From Eledone cirrhosa (lineage: Eukaryota), in contig OZ024746.1 of the NCBI GenBank assembly GCA_964016885.1, positions 33,604,001-33,668,000 of the forward strand: 64,000 nucleotides of DNA, read 5' to 3'. The notes under the pieces were generated by a model. The model did no database searches, had not been told where the DNA came from, and saw only the letters and a list, made by a program, of their open reading frames with translations. Both the position numbers and the translations under genes were made by a program. Positions 15,514 to 31,576 of the stretch are shown here, one piece after another (position 1 is the first letter of the stretch; each line of letters starts with the position of its first letter).

Positions 15514-15777
15514 GTATCTAATGTTATATATAAATATATATATGTATATATATATATATAGTATATATATTCCCAAATTTAGTCAGGGTTTGACCATACT
15601 TAGAAAGGTTATTCAAACGATCGGTAGAGTATAGACAAGTTTCCTATATATAAAAATGACTCTTGCAGGTCTAGAACTGTTTCATTCGTCTAAGGTCATC
15701 AAGAGATTCCTAATGATTTCAAGCAGTTCTATTCATGAATATGTCATTTGCATGCATGCATGTATGCATGTATATTA

Positions 15778-15855
<78 letters not shown>

Positions 15856-15870
15856 GCATGTATATATATA

Positions 15871-15918
<48 letters not shown>

Positions 15919-17769
15919 AATATGTACATATGCACACCGAGCCGTGAAACATTTTCAAATCAAATGTGTATAGATGATACTGTTTATCATTTATAGACAT
16001 TTTTTGTGTACTATGTACTCATTTTACATCATAACACAATTTTTTGTCTTTTACCTTCTCACACTCTCTTTCTTCATCTCCTATTCTCACATTTTCTCTT
16101 TCTCCTTCTTTATCTGTGTTTTTCACTCCTTCACTCATTATCTATTTATCTCTCACCCTATTCTATACACTTAAATTAGTGGTCTTCTTATACTGTATTT
16201 TATTATTTGTAATTGTGTATGTCTTTACACCTACTCGCTAGCTATTCTTTTAATCAACTCTCATTGTCTTTTATGAGTTTGTTTGAGTAATGCAAAAACC
16301 AAACGAAACGAAAAGAAATGAAGCGAAAGACAAAGAAACGATGGTACCAAGAAATTATTGTTTCGACTTGTAGAAATCAGCCAACGGCGACATTTTTGGT
16401 TTGATCAGAACAATTAGTCATATATGCTTCGTTAGATACTCTCGTCCAATTAGATGAGATAGGAAACTAATTCATGGCTGATGTCTGTTAGATTATGTTT
16501 TTGTTATTTATTATATTTGTTATTTATTATTATTGTTGTTGTTGATATTGTTTAATCTCTGTTTCGTTATCACTTCCGATATTTGACTGTTTTACTATTG
16601 TTTTTCATATATTCTTCATTTTATTATACACATTATTCTTTCAACTTACTTGCTATTTTTGGTGTTCCCCGCTGCTTCATTCTACCCCATCCATCTTTCT
16701 CACTTCTAACACCTCCTCCCCCCCCCCCCCCCCCCCTCCTCCTCCTCCTCCTCCTCCTCCCCTACTTCTCCTCCTCCTCTTCGTCATCGTCGTCGTCATC
16801 ATCATCATCATCATCATCATCATCGTAATGTTATTTCTCATTTTCCTCTTTCCTCCTTCTCGTGGCTGTGCATCCCAATGCCACACTCATCACTGGGATC
16901 ATTAAAACCTTCTACATCACGCACCACTTTTTACCCTCCTCCTTCGGTGGCTCAAATTTCGCCTTCTTCTCATAGGCTTTATTGTTTATTCTAATATCTC
17001 CTGTGATAGGGAAATCGATAATTTGGGTCTATTTCTTCTGCTTGTTCCTAACTAAAATGTCTGGCCTTTTGCCTCAATTATTCTATCCCAATGAATGGTA
17101 AAGTCCAACACAATTTTACATTCGTCATTCTCTATCTCTCCTTCTGCTCTCTGTTCATACTATTTAATAGCTCTGACGAACACACATTTCTCAGATATAT
17201 ACCAATGGATATATCGAGCAGCATATCATGTCGTCTTTTGTACTCTCGCTGTGTAAACTTATCCCATTCGCTTACAATATGGCTCGTCTCTTAATTTTTA
17301 CATGACGTTAACCCTTATAAGCTTAAGGTACCAAGCTAGGTTGTTTTCTTCTTATTTGACACAATTCTCCAAACTTATTAGTCCTCTACATCATATATGA
17401 ATTGTATCTCTATTTTTACATGGAATCATTAATCCATAATAGTTTCTTCCAACCACAAATTTGATAATAGATTGTAGTTCAACAAACCACCGCTAATCTT
17501 CAATTTCCAATGTTTACTCTCTCCCTTTCTCGCAAACCTAGCCATTGTATACATGGCACTAAAATACATTCCTTGGTGTTTTGCTATAACCGTCTTTATA
17601 TGATGTGCAATACGTTATACTCCTTTAATTTCGAAGCTCCCTAATATTTTTGGTCTGAGAATTTAGTGTAGATTTTCCCTACCTTCTCTAAATGTTGTCT
17701 CTATATACCCATGGGCAAGGTCTAGGGACTTCAACTAGAAATTAAAGAAAAAATGTCAGACCCAGGAGC

Positions 17770-18560
17770 TTTTTTATTTACTTGCAGTTCTTTGAGGCAC
17801 GAAGCAAGCAACGAGTTTTCTCAAAACGGGTGTTGCATGTTTGCTTTGGTGTCTTCTTATATTTTGGGCCCATGAACAAAGTATTGGCTGGATACCACTT
17901 TCATAGGCCCTGTTTATTTCGTTTTTATCGTATTTTCTGATTTTAATTATTCCATCTGTCCATCTGTTTGTTTGAGATTGTGTGTAATGTGTTTCTGTTT
18001 TTCCTGTTTCCTGAGGTATTTCCACATTGGTTTCCATGGTAATCTCTCTTGTACTACTCTCTTTACTTTCAGGTAACCTTGTTTATTATGTGTTTACAAT
18101 TTGTTTGTAGCAGATGATATTATATATAAGGAATGCTTGGATATATTTTCCATGTATTTTACGTCTATGAGATTGTATATTGCAATTGTTTGGGGCTTAA
18201 TATTGTCCAAAACAAATCTTCGTATATTCGCAGTGTTTGCTATAATGTTTCCTTTATTGTCCTTCTCGCTCAATTAATCATGTCACATGTATAATACTTA
18301 TGCGTTTGGGATATAGTTTTAATGTGTTCTATGCATGGAAGCCTTCAGTAAAACCAACATTCTTACAGTGCTTTCTTCTAATTTGGTTTTTATTTTGTTT
18401 ATTGATATTATCAGATGGATATTTCTGTTTGGGGTTAAACATGTAAGTGTTTGGAGCTTGTGAACTTCCTATTACAAAGCTCCATCAGTGAAACAAATAA
18501 CTCATACTACGAATATTATCACTGTTTATGTTGCTGGCTATTTTATCATAGGGCATTTAA
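17770..18560 (-). pseudogene. Highly decayed R4/Dong-like C-terminal fragment
   Basis: Weak minus-strand remnants (TEGF, PV(L)RK C-terminus); many stops. Confidence 0.35.
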
Positions 18561-19425
18561 TAGCGTAGGGCTATTTTCAGATTGTCTTCCTTTTGTTCTC
18601 CTTCTATTTAGTAGTTCGATATGATTCTTTGATTTAAATGTTTTGCTGTGAGTGCCTTCTATAATTACATCAATAGAACATATATTTGTAATGATATGTA
18701 TCATTGAAACTTAATGCGGTAATCTCGTCTTTCATTTTTTCGTAGTCTATTCGGCGGTTCACTACGCAGGAGTATATGTAACATAACTTCCATAATTATC
18801 TACGTATGTTTTTACTTTCTATTTTAAGGACGATATCGAATACGTTTCATATGGTATGGAAATATACATTTAAAAGCATCCATTAATCCATTCTTATAAG
18901 AACACTAATTATTATTGTTATTATTATTTTTATGTCAATTATAAATCAGAAACCTTTATTAACTTTATATCAATTGCGTGCTATTTCTGCATTACCGAGG
19001 TCAGCTCTTCGCGATTTGGATATAAAGAGCCCAGGGGGAATTAACAAACTTCAACCGTAACTACAGATGGCGAGAAAACAAGTATACCCCTTTTTTTCAC
19101 TCTGAACCTCTATCGCAATTACATTAATATCAGAAACATAGAAACTTCATGATAATCATCAACTGCACCAATGACAATTGAAGTAGCGACGAAAACTTGT
19201 TTACATAAATGTTTGAAGAACTGCAGAAGGAAACAAATAACTACATAGCATAAGACTAAAAATAATTTTTTTACATATTCGAAATGGGTAACTTTATATA
19301 ACAGTTTACACAGCTTCAATCTATACATTATATAAACAGATAAAAATAATTTTATATTAAGGCTGCTTAGGGCACAACATATGCATAATAACTGCTCGTT
19401 ATTGTATTAGTGTGTTGTTTTTAAC

Positions 19426-19479
<54 letters not shown>

Positions 19480-20746
19480 AGATAAATCTACCAAAATATA
19501 CGGTAGTGTCCAATCCGTATGAAGAACTCAATGTAATCCAAATATCATGAAAAGAGAAGATGTATTCAAAATTGTTTCGATGAAAAACACAGCAAAACAG
19601 AGTAAAGATAAATTAATAAAAATAATGAATAAAAACAAAGAAACAGTTCCTTATATTAAAAAATTCATCATTTTACGATCGTTTCTAGGATTTATATGTG
19701 TGTGTTGGTATGTATATTATATAGATCTATGTAAATTTTTTACAAACTATCAGAGGGAATATACTTACCTACACATATATATGCTGTCTTCAGAAATAAT
19801 GATATTTGTTTATTAAAAAAAACCAACAAAGATTTAATACAATAGGTCTGTTTGGGAACAGGTTTTGAACTGACTAATAGAAAGGTAATAATTATCCTTA
19901 TCGAGCCATCTTGGGATTTTAGTCTTCAAATTTATTATTATTACTATATATATATATATATATGCTTATTCATATAAACACACATATATATATCTTCGTA
20001 TCATCAGCTTCCCTTAATACTTTACAATATAAAACTGTAACATAGTTTCTTTCGTGAGAGGACTATTTGGATATGCGCTACAATTTTTGTGCATGTTATG
20101 TTTAGGGCATATCGAAGTTTTCTGACCATTTTAGAGTGCAAAGAGCTAAACTAATCACTACAACTAAATTGACAAAATTTGCCCCTCCTTCCCAAATTAG
20201 AAATGCTTCCAAATTTATAAGCGGCCATCAATCATTATATTAATTCACGAAGGCTGCTCTGGAAATCTGAACAAGTTTCAATGAAATTTGCTTACTCACA
20301 GAGCTAATAGGTAAAAGCGAGACCCGTATAATCAATATGTCGCTTGTTGGTTGTGCAAATGAAGGATATGTTCAACGTGATTTTCCTGCAGTTGACCATT
20401 AAAACCACAGACGTTGCACCACGAAATACATCTACAGCCATGCAGAAATATTCTGTGGAACATATTTCTCAATAATAAATATGAGATTATATGATAACAA
20501 TTCTGCTATAAAAATAAGCTAATCTATGATAGACCTAACAGTAAGTATTCCTTCCTCCCTCTGAAATATGATGTCAAAATTAACTTGCTCTAGAACGGAA
20601 AAGTGAGAGCGCTTCTGTTAAGATTTACGGGAGATATTATCTGTAACGAAAAACCAAATAGACGCATATTTCTCTTGGTCTTATTAGGAAAATCATATCT
20701 TTAATACAAACTCAAGCGCACAAACCGTATATACACATATTTATAT

Positions 20747-20873
<127 letters not shown>

Positions 20874-21031
20874 TGTGTGTGCGTGTGTGCGACTGTCTGT
20901 GTTTATGTATGTGTGTGTGAGTGTGTGTCTTGAGTGAATGTATGTGTGTATATGCATATATGTTGTCGGATGACCTGTGATAAAAAGGCCAAACGCCAGA
21001 ATATCCACACTTATTTAACGTTATATACATA

Positions 21032-21067
<36 letters not shown>

Positions 21068-21074
21068 TGTGTAT

Positions 21075-21140
<66 letters not shown>

Positions 21141-21588
21141 GCGTGCTTGTATCTCTGTGTGTGTGTCTTGTGTCTGTTTTATGGGCAAGTGTGTGTTTGT
21201 ATGATAATCGGTAAATTCATTTCAGTTGTATTGTGAAACAATTGAAATCATTAAAACCATTAGGTAATTCAATATTTAATGTGCAGATTTGAAACGGCTG
21301 ATTTATAATGAACGGAGATTATAGTTTCTATATACATGGCATTCAATAATGAAGTTATATAATCGATTATTTAATGTGTGGCACAAAGATATAATACTTT
21401 AATTGTCCAAAATTCTGCTACGTCTCATTAGGCACTGCGTTTGTAACAAACTATATAGACATTACTAGTGTGGCGTCTCAAAATCATTTTAATCACGATC
21501 TCTACTGATACATACATACACACATTATACATCATACATCCATACACACACATACACACACACACACACATGCATACATAACTACATA

Positions 21589-21657
<69 letters not shown>

Positions 21658-22192
21658 GTGTGATATATTTGGGTGTGTGAGTTTCTCTGACTTTATACAT
21701 ATTACATATTCTATATAGCTATGTAATTAATCATTGCGTATATTCAAAATACGTCTGGCGTTTCCATCACAGCCCATTTCCAGCTCACTCCGGTACAAGT
21801 TGCCTATTTTTATTCTTCACGAATACGTCAAGAGGCATCATATTTGTTCCTCATCAGATTTAATTAATTGTGGTGAAGTTTATACAGCTATATGTATAAT
21901 ATATATATACATTTACCATAGAGGATATGCTGTGTTCCAATTCTTACTAGAATATTCTTAGCAGATCAATGTATTATGGGCAAAATGTCCAGATTTTCAC
22001 ATAACTATCGGTGCTTTGCGATTGAATATTTCGTACACCATAAACGTATGTTCATGTGCACGCACACACGCACACACGCACACACGCACACACGCGCGCG
22101 CACATACATGCATACATGCATACATATATATACATGTGACGTGTGTGTGTGTGTGTGTGTGTGTGTCGGTGTATATCTCTCTATCTATCTAT

Positions 22193-22292
<100 letters not shown>

Positions 22293-23752
22293 TAAAAAAA
22301 GACGCATTCCGATTTCAAAACACATACTGAAAACACAGTAATTCAAGGATATCAGTTTACGGTATATGAAGTAGGGTGAGTTATTTTTTACTTTCAGAAT
22401 ATACCACACTCCCTGGGAAATTCTTCACTGCAACGTTTCTGAATAAGCCAGGACAAGCGTTGCGTATTTAGGCAAAATAATGAATTCACTAACTAAGGCA
22501 TTTAACAAGAGAGAGAGAAACGGAGAACAATTAACATTACGTTTGAGGAAAAGAAGAAATCTTAATGGTGGAAATTGCTTTAAATAAATGAAGTCGTTAT
22601 ACTGAGAGCAGAAAGGACGGGCCATGACTAAATACGACACTAAAGCAAATGATGTGACCTTCAGACAAAATGACAGAAGGATGTCATGATACTTATTCAG
22701 TGGAGCCTAGCGGCAGGAATAATAGTAGGACAAAGATTAGAAGAGAATCAATTTGGAAAGTATGGATCGTCAGAAGGACATAAATGATCACATGGGAAAT
22801 ATGAACGCAAGTGTAGAATTAATACGCTGGAGCTCCGCGAAACTCACTCAATCAAATTCAGTGAAGTCCCATTTCATTTCAAACATTCTATATCAAGAAT
22901 AATTGCGAATTAATTGTACTTCAAATATTGCTGCTACAAGCTTCTGTTATCATTCTATTTACCACTACGTATTTGCGTATCTATATTCGTGTTTCTTTCT
23001 TATTTTGCATTTCATAAATTCTCCTCATCACAGCAATTCTAACGCAGATTCTAAGTAGAATAATGGTAATAATACTTGCGTTCTAATATCCTACATACAT
23101 CCATTAGGATTTATTCATATTCTTATGTGGTTGGAATACTACAGGAGTTCAATTGCAATTTCACTGGTGCACATTAATATTTCATCACTTTGAGACAACA
23201 AAATTATAACGTTTGCATATACGTGATGTTGTAGGAATGTGTTATAGAGGATCCGGTGTACATTATTAATTCCAGAGCCAAAGATACACTAACAACACGA
23301 AGACAGGATGATAAATGCTAGGAAACAGACAGAAGTAAAATATCCAAATTCAACAGTGAAATAGATACTTACAACGGAATATCAAAGGCACTTTAATATA
23401 TTTCAATACAATAAGTGATTGCCGATTTCGTAGACGATATGTACGAAATAAATGACGTCGAGAAAATGGAACAGAAATTACCGCAATGTGTTGCTTACAT
23501 GAAGAATGAAATGATATCAAACAGTTCTAAGGCTAATCCGCATTTCAGTCTGTATTGAAGAAATGGAAAAGGGCTCATAGTACATATTTCGCATCCAATA
23601 AATCCACTGAAAGAACTAATAACAACAATACAATTAAAGGGAATGAAATTCTGACTTAATATTAGTATGTGCAAATCTGCTTCAGCTTTAGTTCTTGCAT
23701 CATCGCAGGTCACAGGCACTGAAATGCAAGATTAATATATATATATATATAT

Positions 23753-23875
23753 ATGATATTAAATAAATGGAAACTATATTTATAAAACCATATTTATTTC
23801 GTTATATATATTTCAGGGATATCATATTAACAATATGTTATGCCATCTTCAGACAAAATACAATATAAACAGTCT
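23753..23875 (-). mobile_element. Family B single arm with HHR (23795-23860)
   Basis: Minus strand tattttgt-CTGAAGA-...-GAAA-tatata-TA-acgaaata. Confidence 0.8.
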
Positions 23876-24544
23876 TATAAATAAATAGATACGACATACC
23901 TTTCAATCACCTTGCATTTGGGAGGTTGATTTGGCAGTAAAAAATATTGTGGACAGTTGTAAAAAGAAAGAGATAAAGAGAGAAAGAAAGAGAAACGAAG
24001 AAAAAGAAGAAATGCATGTGACTAAATAGAGGGATATAGAAAGATAGATAAAGAGAAGAACTTCATGTAAAGAAACAGAGAGAAATATATAGAGAGAGAG
24101 GAAAAAAGAAAGAGATAGATAGAGAAATTAGGAAGTTGAGTATCGGTTGATACATTTATTTATTTATTTATTTATTTATTTAGCTCTAGTATTAATGTAA
24201 AGAGAGATGTATGTAGTTAAGAGAGAAAATAGCCGTTATATAGAGAGAAAAAAGAGAAAATGAAAAAGAGAAAATGAAACATAACCAGACATAAACGGAT
24301 GCAGAATTTAAAACCGCTATGTTTTATCCGTAGAAAATATTAGTTCGTATAAAACAGGCATTATAATGTAAGTACCAGTATTCATGAATGAGACATGTAT
24401 CTATAATGTGTGAAAAGTAATGATCTTAGACATAAGATCATTTGATTTATTTTTGCATGGCATATATATACATATATAGCAATAATAATAGATTAGAAGA
24501 CTAAAATCTAAAGAGGGATGGATAAATATATAAGAACCGTAGAG

Positions 24545-24612
<68 letters not shown>

Positions 24613-25009
24613 AAGTTTGTCCTCATCAGTGGCCTTCCAACCGTCGTAGGCATTTCGTCGCATTAAAGGCCATATACCTCAGGTTGGTGCGAGCAACGGC
24701 TGAAAAAAAGTCGTTGGGACACGTAAATAAAGTGGAGGAGGAGAGGTAGTGACAGAGAGAGAGTGAGTGAGTGAAAGGTGAGGAAGAGGCTAACAGAGAG
24801 AAAGAGACTGCTAGAAAGGGTAAAGACACAAAGAACGAAACAGACTGGTGGCAGCGGAGGAAAAAATATGTGTAAATATGATATATATATATATATATAT
24901 TAATACATATATATATATATATGTATTACATGTATTACATATTAATACATATATATATATATATATATATATATGTATTACATGCCATGCAAATATGTAT
25001 TACATATCA

Positions 25010-25047
<38 letters not shown>

Positions 25048-25269
25048 ATTACATGCCATGCAAAAATAAATCAAATAAAAAAAATCGGAAAAATCGGAAC
25101 ATTCTACAAGTACATTGAAGATGAGTATTACACATAACATGTACATCACAAACAAAGATTATTCTTAGAAATCAAACATTCATAATATTTGTAGAATGCA
25201 TTGAAGCATCAACTAACTTTAATATTCCGTATTATTTGCCTATACAGAGGGTAGTAGTTTGTTAGTAAT

Positions 25270-25470
25270 GGGAGAATGTCAGAGAATATTCTTTGCGGCA
25301 TATAGTTGCCTCCCTATCAGTTCTGAATTCAAATACCACTGTGGTCAGCTTTTTAATTCAAACGTCCCGAGACGATAAATGAAGTACCAGTCACGTAATG
25401 TGGTCGATGTACTCGACTTTCCCTTTGCCATCAAAGTACTAGACGTGTACGTACATAAGTAACCATTAAT
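25270..25470 (+). mobile_element. Old SINE copy
   Basis: ttctgaattcaaataccactgtggtcagc...gataaatgaagtaccagtc. Confidence 0.55.
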
Positions 25471-26038
25471 TTCCTATACATCATCATAGACATCAGAGAG
25501 TAACTCCATAAATATCTACACATTTGAATCCCAATGATGACAGAAATGTATATAATGACAAGGAAAACTACTCAGTGCACATAACAATTATGTTGTATTA
25601 ATAACGTCCGTATGGCTATTACAATTATTACAAATATTAATCACCGGTTGCTAATATTTTCCCCATACGATAACAAGAAAATAGTGCGTTAACACTAGTG
25701 CCAATATGTATATTTCAAAGTTTTCATGAAAAGTGATCAAATATTCATTATATCCAATACAAATGAAAATTTATATGAAATAAAGTAAAACACACACACA
25801 CACAGACATACACACACATACACACACATTCACACACACACATATATATAAATATATATGCAAAAACGGACGTTAAACGGTGATGAGGAAGATGATGATG
25901 ATGATATATTATTTCAAGTAATTAGCGTTGGTTGATCAAGCAATCAGCTGACTGTGCAGTAATCAGACGTAAGTTTAGTTTATAATATATATATATATAT
26001 ATATAAAACAAATCAGCATTTCTTATAAAACAAATCTG

Positions 26039-26092
26039 TATTTTATCTGATGAAAGCGCCTTGGTTGCCCTTGAAATATATATAATAAAATA
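26039..26092 (+). ncRNA. Type I hammerhead ribozyme motif (family B variant, element about 26030-26135)
   Basis: tattttat-CTGATGA-aag...ctt-GAAA-tatata-TA-ataaaata; perfect 8-bp stem I. Confidence 0.85.
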
Positions 26093-26130
26093 AATATGGT
26101 TTTATAAATATAGTTTCCATTTATTAATAT

Positions 26131-26207
<77 letters not shown>

Positions 26208-26210
<3 letters not shown>

Positions 26211-26330
26211 GTGGTTAAAACCAACTAGACCAGAGTACTCGATGATTGGGAGTAGTAGGGTGGGTAATATGAACATATCCAGAAATCGGACGGCTGAGAT
26301 CGGGTCGTTTCGACAGCTAGATTTCTCTAT
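26208..26330 (-). mobile_element. Diverged family A relative
   Basis: accagagtactcgat..gtagtagggtgggtaata..gacggctgag..cgtttcgacagcta. Confidence 0.65.
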
Positions 26331-26580
26331 ATATGTTTGTGTGTGCGTGCGTGTTAAGGAACAGTTAAACAATTTGACACGAATACATAGAATAGCAAAT
26401 AAACAAATATATTCGAACTTTCATCTATGACAGATTCTTTTGTAGAATTGAATAATATCGCAAACATGGATTTAAGGGTTCTTGGGGGTAAAAAACAAAG
26501 ACACAATACATTAATTTGCGACATTCAATGAGCTAGATTTTATGAATGAGGTATCTTAATTTTCAGTTTCATAACTGACA

Positions 26581-27715
<1,135 letters not shown>

Positions 27716-27730
27716 TCACACACACACACA

Positions 27731-27761
<31 letters not shown>

Positions 27762-27767
<6 letters not shown>

Positions 27768-27939
27768 AGAAAGCGAAAAATCAGTGATGCATCTGAACTC
27801 AGTTTATTGTGTGTTACAATTGTTTCCCCGGCGGACAGCTCAACCGACATACCGCCTATGGAAGCATCTTAGCTACCAGCAGACCCCCCCCCCCCGTACA
27901 GAACCAGCTGAAGATCCGCTAAGGGAAAAAATTGTTCTC

Positions 27940-27942
<3 letters not shown>
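27762..27942. mobile_element. Decayed TA-embedded element with HHR remnants on both strands
   Basis: Plus: accag-CTGAAGA-tccgctaagg-GAAA-aaattg-TT-ctcggt (27903-27942); minus: GAAA-caattg-TA near 27815-27826. Confidence 0.45.
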
Positions 27943-27986
<44 letters not shown>

Positions 27987-28019
27987 GTGTATATGTATAT
28001 GTATATATATATATATTTG

Positions 28020-28303
28020 ATGTTCTCTTGAGAGAATCGTTTTTGCTGAAAATATCGAATAATGTACACCATTTTTACCAATATCACAAAACTACTGGTC
28101 CACCCACAGACACACACATACACACATATACACACACACACATATATACACACACACACATACACCCGCGTACACTAACATACAAAGAGACACTTCTCCG
28201 TATACGACAAGAGCTGAAACATATCTTTCAACATATTAAAATATCCCCCACACACGTACAGACACATTTCTACTGACCGATCCCTCTACCACAAATTACT
28301 CTG

Positions 28304-28355
<52 letters not shown>

Positions 28356-28820
28356 ACACACACACACACACAGACACACACATACACACACACACACACA
28401 CACATACACACACACACACACATACTTGTCTTAATATGCACCTGAACTGTTGACCTGTCTACATGACTGCAATTTACACACACATCCCTACTGACCATTA
28501 TCACAACAATGAACCTCTTTACTACACACATGCACACATATTTGTGTTAAAAGACTTATTTTTCAGTGACTTTTCAATAAGGCGAAAAAGGACACTCTTC
28601 GACAAACCTACATTTGGTGCAAAATCAATTTTTAACATTCACGTGACCTCTACCGACCAATCAAAATTGTTTTGACCACAAGAATGTTTGCAACACGAAT
28701 TGGCGCGAAACTTATTTTAATACCTCTGGAGCCACTTTTTTCACATAAAACAGGTAGAATTTCCAAAACTTATCAGATTAGAGCAAACATCACGGGCGCT
28801 CTATCTCAAAATTATTTTTG

Positions 28821-28824
<4 letters not shown>
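28020..28824 (+). mobile_element. Decayed PLE remnant ending in family C sequence
   Basis: LTYKETLLRIRQELKHIFQHI resembles the PLE post-RT linker; 28610-28824 matches 4680-4730 (rc) and 4780-4933. Confidence 0.6.
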
Positions 28825-28882
<58 letters not shown>

Positions 28883-28888
28883 CATACA

Positions 28889-28962
<74 letters not shown>

Positions 28963-29048
28963 GAAAAATTGAACAGGGACAGAACAGAGAGGCAGTACGA
29001 CAAATGTTTATTAAATTCACGCTCAGGAGAGTGGGGGGTAGGTGGAGG

Positions 29049-29080
29049 ACGACGTTTCGGGCATAAGCCCTTCTTCAGGT
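29049..29080 (-). ncRNA. Minimal type I hammerhead ribozyme in PLE 3' end
   Basis: ac-CTGAAGA-a gggc ttat gccc-GAAA-cg-TC-gt; ACGT palindromic stem III; GUC site. Confidence 0.85.
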
Positions 29081-29382
29081 GAGAGTTCAAAAGGTGTGTA
29101 GGGGAGTGGTGGAGAGACATATAGCGAAAGGAAACGGTGCGAATGAAAAATTAACAAATAAAGACAAAAATATAATAAATAATAAATAAAAATAAAGCAT
29201 GATCAAAATACAAGGAATGAGAACATTTAAAAATAAAGGCATGATCAAAATAAACTGAAATTAAAAGGGGGGTAAACAGGTGGTGGAAGGGTGTGGGGTG
29301 AGTAGAGGTGGAGGCGGGTGGAGTGGGGAGAGGGAGACGGGGTGTCCGAGCGGGGAGGGCTGAAGGTGGTGTGTGTGGTTAG

Positions 29383-29437
<55 letters not shown>

Positions 29438-30435
29438 TGAGGGTTGGGGGAAGAACGGGGTTGCATGTTCAGGAAGGTGTGTGTGGGGGGTGTTTTTGTG
29501 TGTCGGAGGGTCTGTGCGTGTGTGGATAGGGGGGTGGGGGGAGAGGAATCAGGGGGCTGAGGGTGTAAATATGTGGTGGGAAGCACGTGTGTGTGGTTTA
29601 AGCGTGTTGTGGGTGTAGGTGGCGTGTGGATAAAAAAAATTGTTTTGGGATGTGTGTGTGGGTGAGTTATATACGCGATGGTGTTAGAGGATGGTTGAAA
29701 GTGGTAAGTTACACGGATGTATGGAGATTTTGGTTGGAAGTCGAACGCGTGTGGGTAATCCAAGAAGCGGTGGTCGGAAGAGGAGAGATGTGGGGTGCGC
29801 GCGCAACAGGAAGTGGTCAGCAGTGGAAGTGCTGTGGTCAGTTGGTGCTGAGACAGTGGTCGGAAGGGCATAGCAGCAGTCAGCGGAATGGTAGGGAGGC
29901 GAGGATGGGTAGGTGTGAGTGTTGGAGTGAGGAGGGTGTGTGTGTGTGTGTGTGTGTATTAGTAGGGGTGTTAGTGGGATGAGTGAGTGTGGAGTGGGGA
30001 GAGAAGGGTGTGTGTGGTTCTATGGAGGGAGTGTGGTGTACTGGTGTGTGTGTAGTTTGGTGAGGAGGTGTTAGTGGGTGTTAGTAGACGGGAGGTGGGG
30101 AGGGGTGGAATGCAGGTGTGAGTGGGGGTTAGTTGGGGTAGGGTGTGTAGAGTTGGTGGTGTACGAGGGTGTGTGGGTACGTGTGCGTGGGGTTGGAGGG
30201 TGTTAGTGATGTTAGTTGCGTGTGGGGTGGGTGGTGTAAGTGTGTGCGTGTGATAAGGAGGGGGGAGGGGGAGAAGAGGGGAGGGAAGGGATGTTAGTAT
30301 GTTAGTTGGGGAAGGGTGGTCAGATGAGGGGTGGAGTGGAGGTGTTAGTATTGTTAGTGTGGGGTGGGCGGTGAAAAGGAGGGTTGTGTTAGTGGTGTTA
30401 GTGGGGGATAAGTGGGGGAGGGGGGCGGTCGAACA

Positions 30436-31575
30436 CTAAAGGAATAAGGGTGGGGAGTTCAGGCCGGGGGGAGTGTGGGTCTGTAAGATGAAGATAGTAC
30501 GTTGTTCGACCGTGAGGCGATGGGCGGGTGTTCCGTGGCACTGGAGTAGGCCACAGACTGTGAGATGGTGTGCGGAGTGTCCAGGGCCACCAAAGTGGCG
30601 GGCGATGGGGGAACTGCCCCCGAGACGAATGTCCCGGAGGTGCTCCGTGACTCGGTCCGCCAGGCGGCGTCCCGTCTGTCCGACATAAGTCGCGCTGCAC
30701 CTCGTGCAACGAAGTCCGTAGACTAGGTTGGAGGAGGTGCAGCGGAAGGCATGCCGGACCGAGAGAGGGTGGCCGTTGGGATCCTGGAAGGTGGTGGTGT
30801 TGGTGATGTGGGGACAGGTGTTGCAGCGGGGTCTAGAACAGGGGAAGGAACCGGGGGGGGGGAACGGAGCGTGGGTTGGGGGGTAGGGAGCTGTGGACGA
30901 GGAGGGTGCGGAGATTGCGTGCGCGTTTGAAGGAGGGGGGTGGGGTTGGGAAGATGTGGGAGGTGGAGGGGTCGGACTGGAGGTGTCGGAAGAGGCGGCG
31001 GATGGTGCGGTGGAGGGGTAAGGTGGAGGGGTGGTAGGTGATGGGGAAGGGGAGGCGGTGGGTGGGTGTGCGGTGGCGTGGGGTGAGGGTGGTAGAGCGG
31101 GGGATAGCACGGGCGCGGGTGAGAGCGGTGTGGACGAGAGAAGGGGGGTAACCTCTGCGGATGAAATGGCTGACTAGGGAAAGGGCCTGGGACTCGAAGT
31201 CAGCATCTCGGCTACAGAGGCGGCGGATCCTGAGAAGTTGGGAGTAGGGAATGGAGAGTTTAGTGTGGGTGGGGTGGGAAGAGGTGAAGTCGAGGTAAGA
31301 GTGGGAGTCGGTGGGTTTGAAGAAGGCGGAGGTGACGAGGGAGTGGTGGGAGGGGTCGAAGGCGACGGAGATGTCCAAGAAGTGGACGTGGTGGTGGAGA
31401 TAGAGGTGGTGAAGTGGAGGGAGGGGTGGAAGGAGCAGAAGAAGGAGAGAAAGGAGTCGAGCTGTACTCGGGTGAGGGTCGTGGCTCCGATACAGTCGTC
31501 AATGTAACGACCGTACAGTTCGGGCGTGGGGCCGGTGTACTGGGCAAAGATTTGGGCCTCAACATGGCCAAACAC
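30436..31575 (-). pseudogene. PLE RT (3' half) plus GIY-YIG endonuclease, two frameshifts
   Basis: [72 protein letters not shown]; shifts near 31390 and in the G-run at 30853-30862. Confidence 0.92.
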
Positions 31576-31576
31576 G

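Noticed and set aside
16880-17720. Possible LINE RT remnant on the minus strand
   Set aside because: No unambiguous motif readable by eye
22700-23730. Possible LINE remnants (MG.MNA, FVDD) on the plus strand
   Set aside because: Isolated short motifs only; needs a profile search
24610-24690. CTGATGA and ctgagg...gaaa motifs on the minus strand
   Set aside because: One is cut off by TA and the other lacks A9, stem II and a UH site
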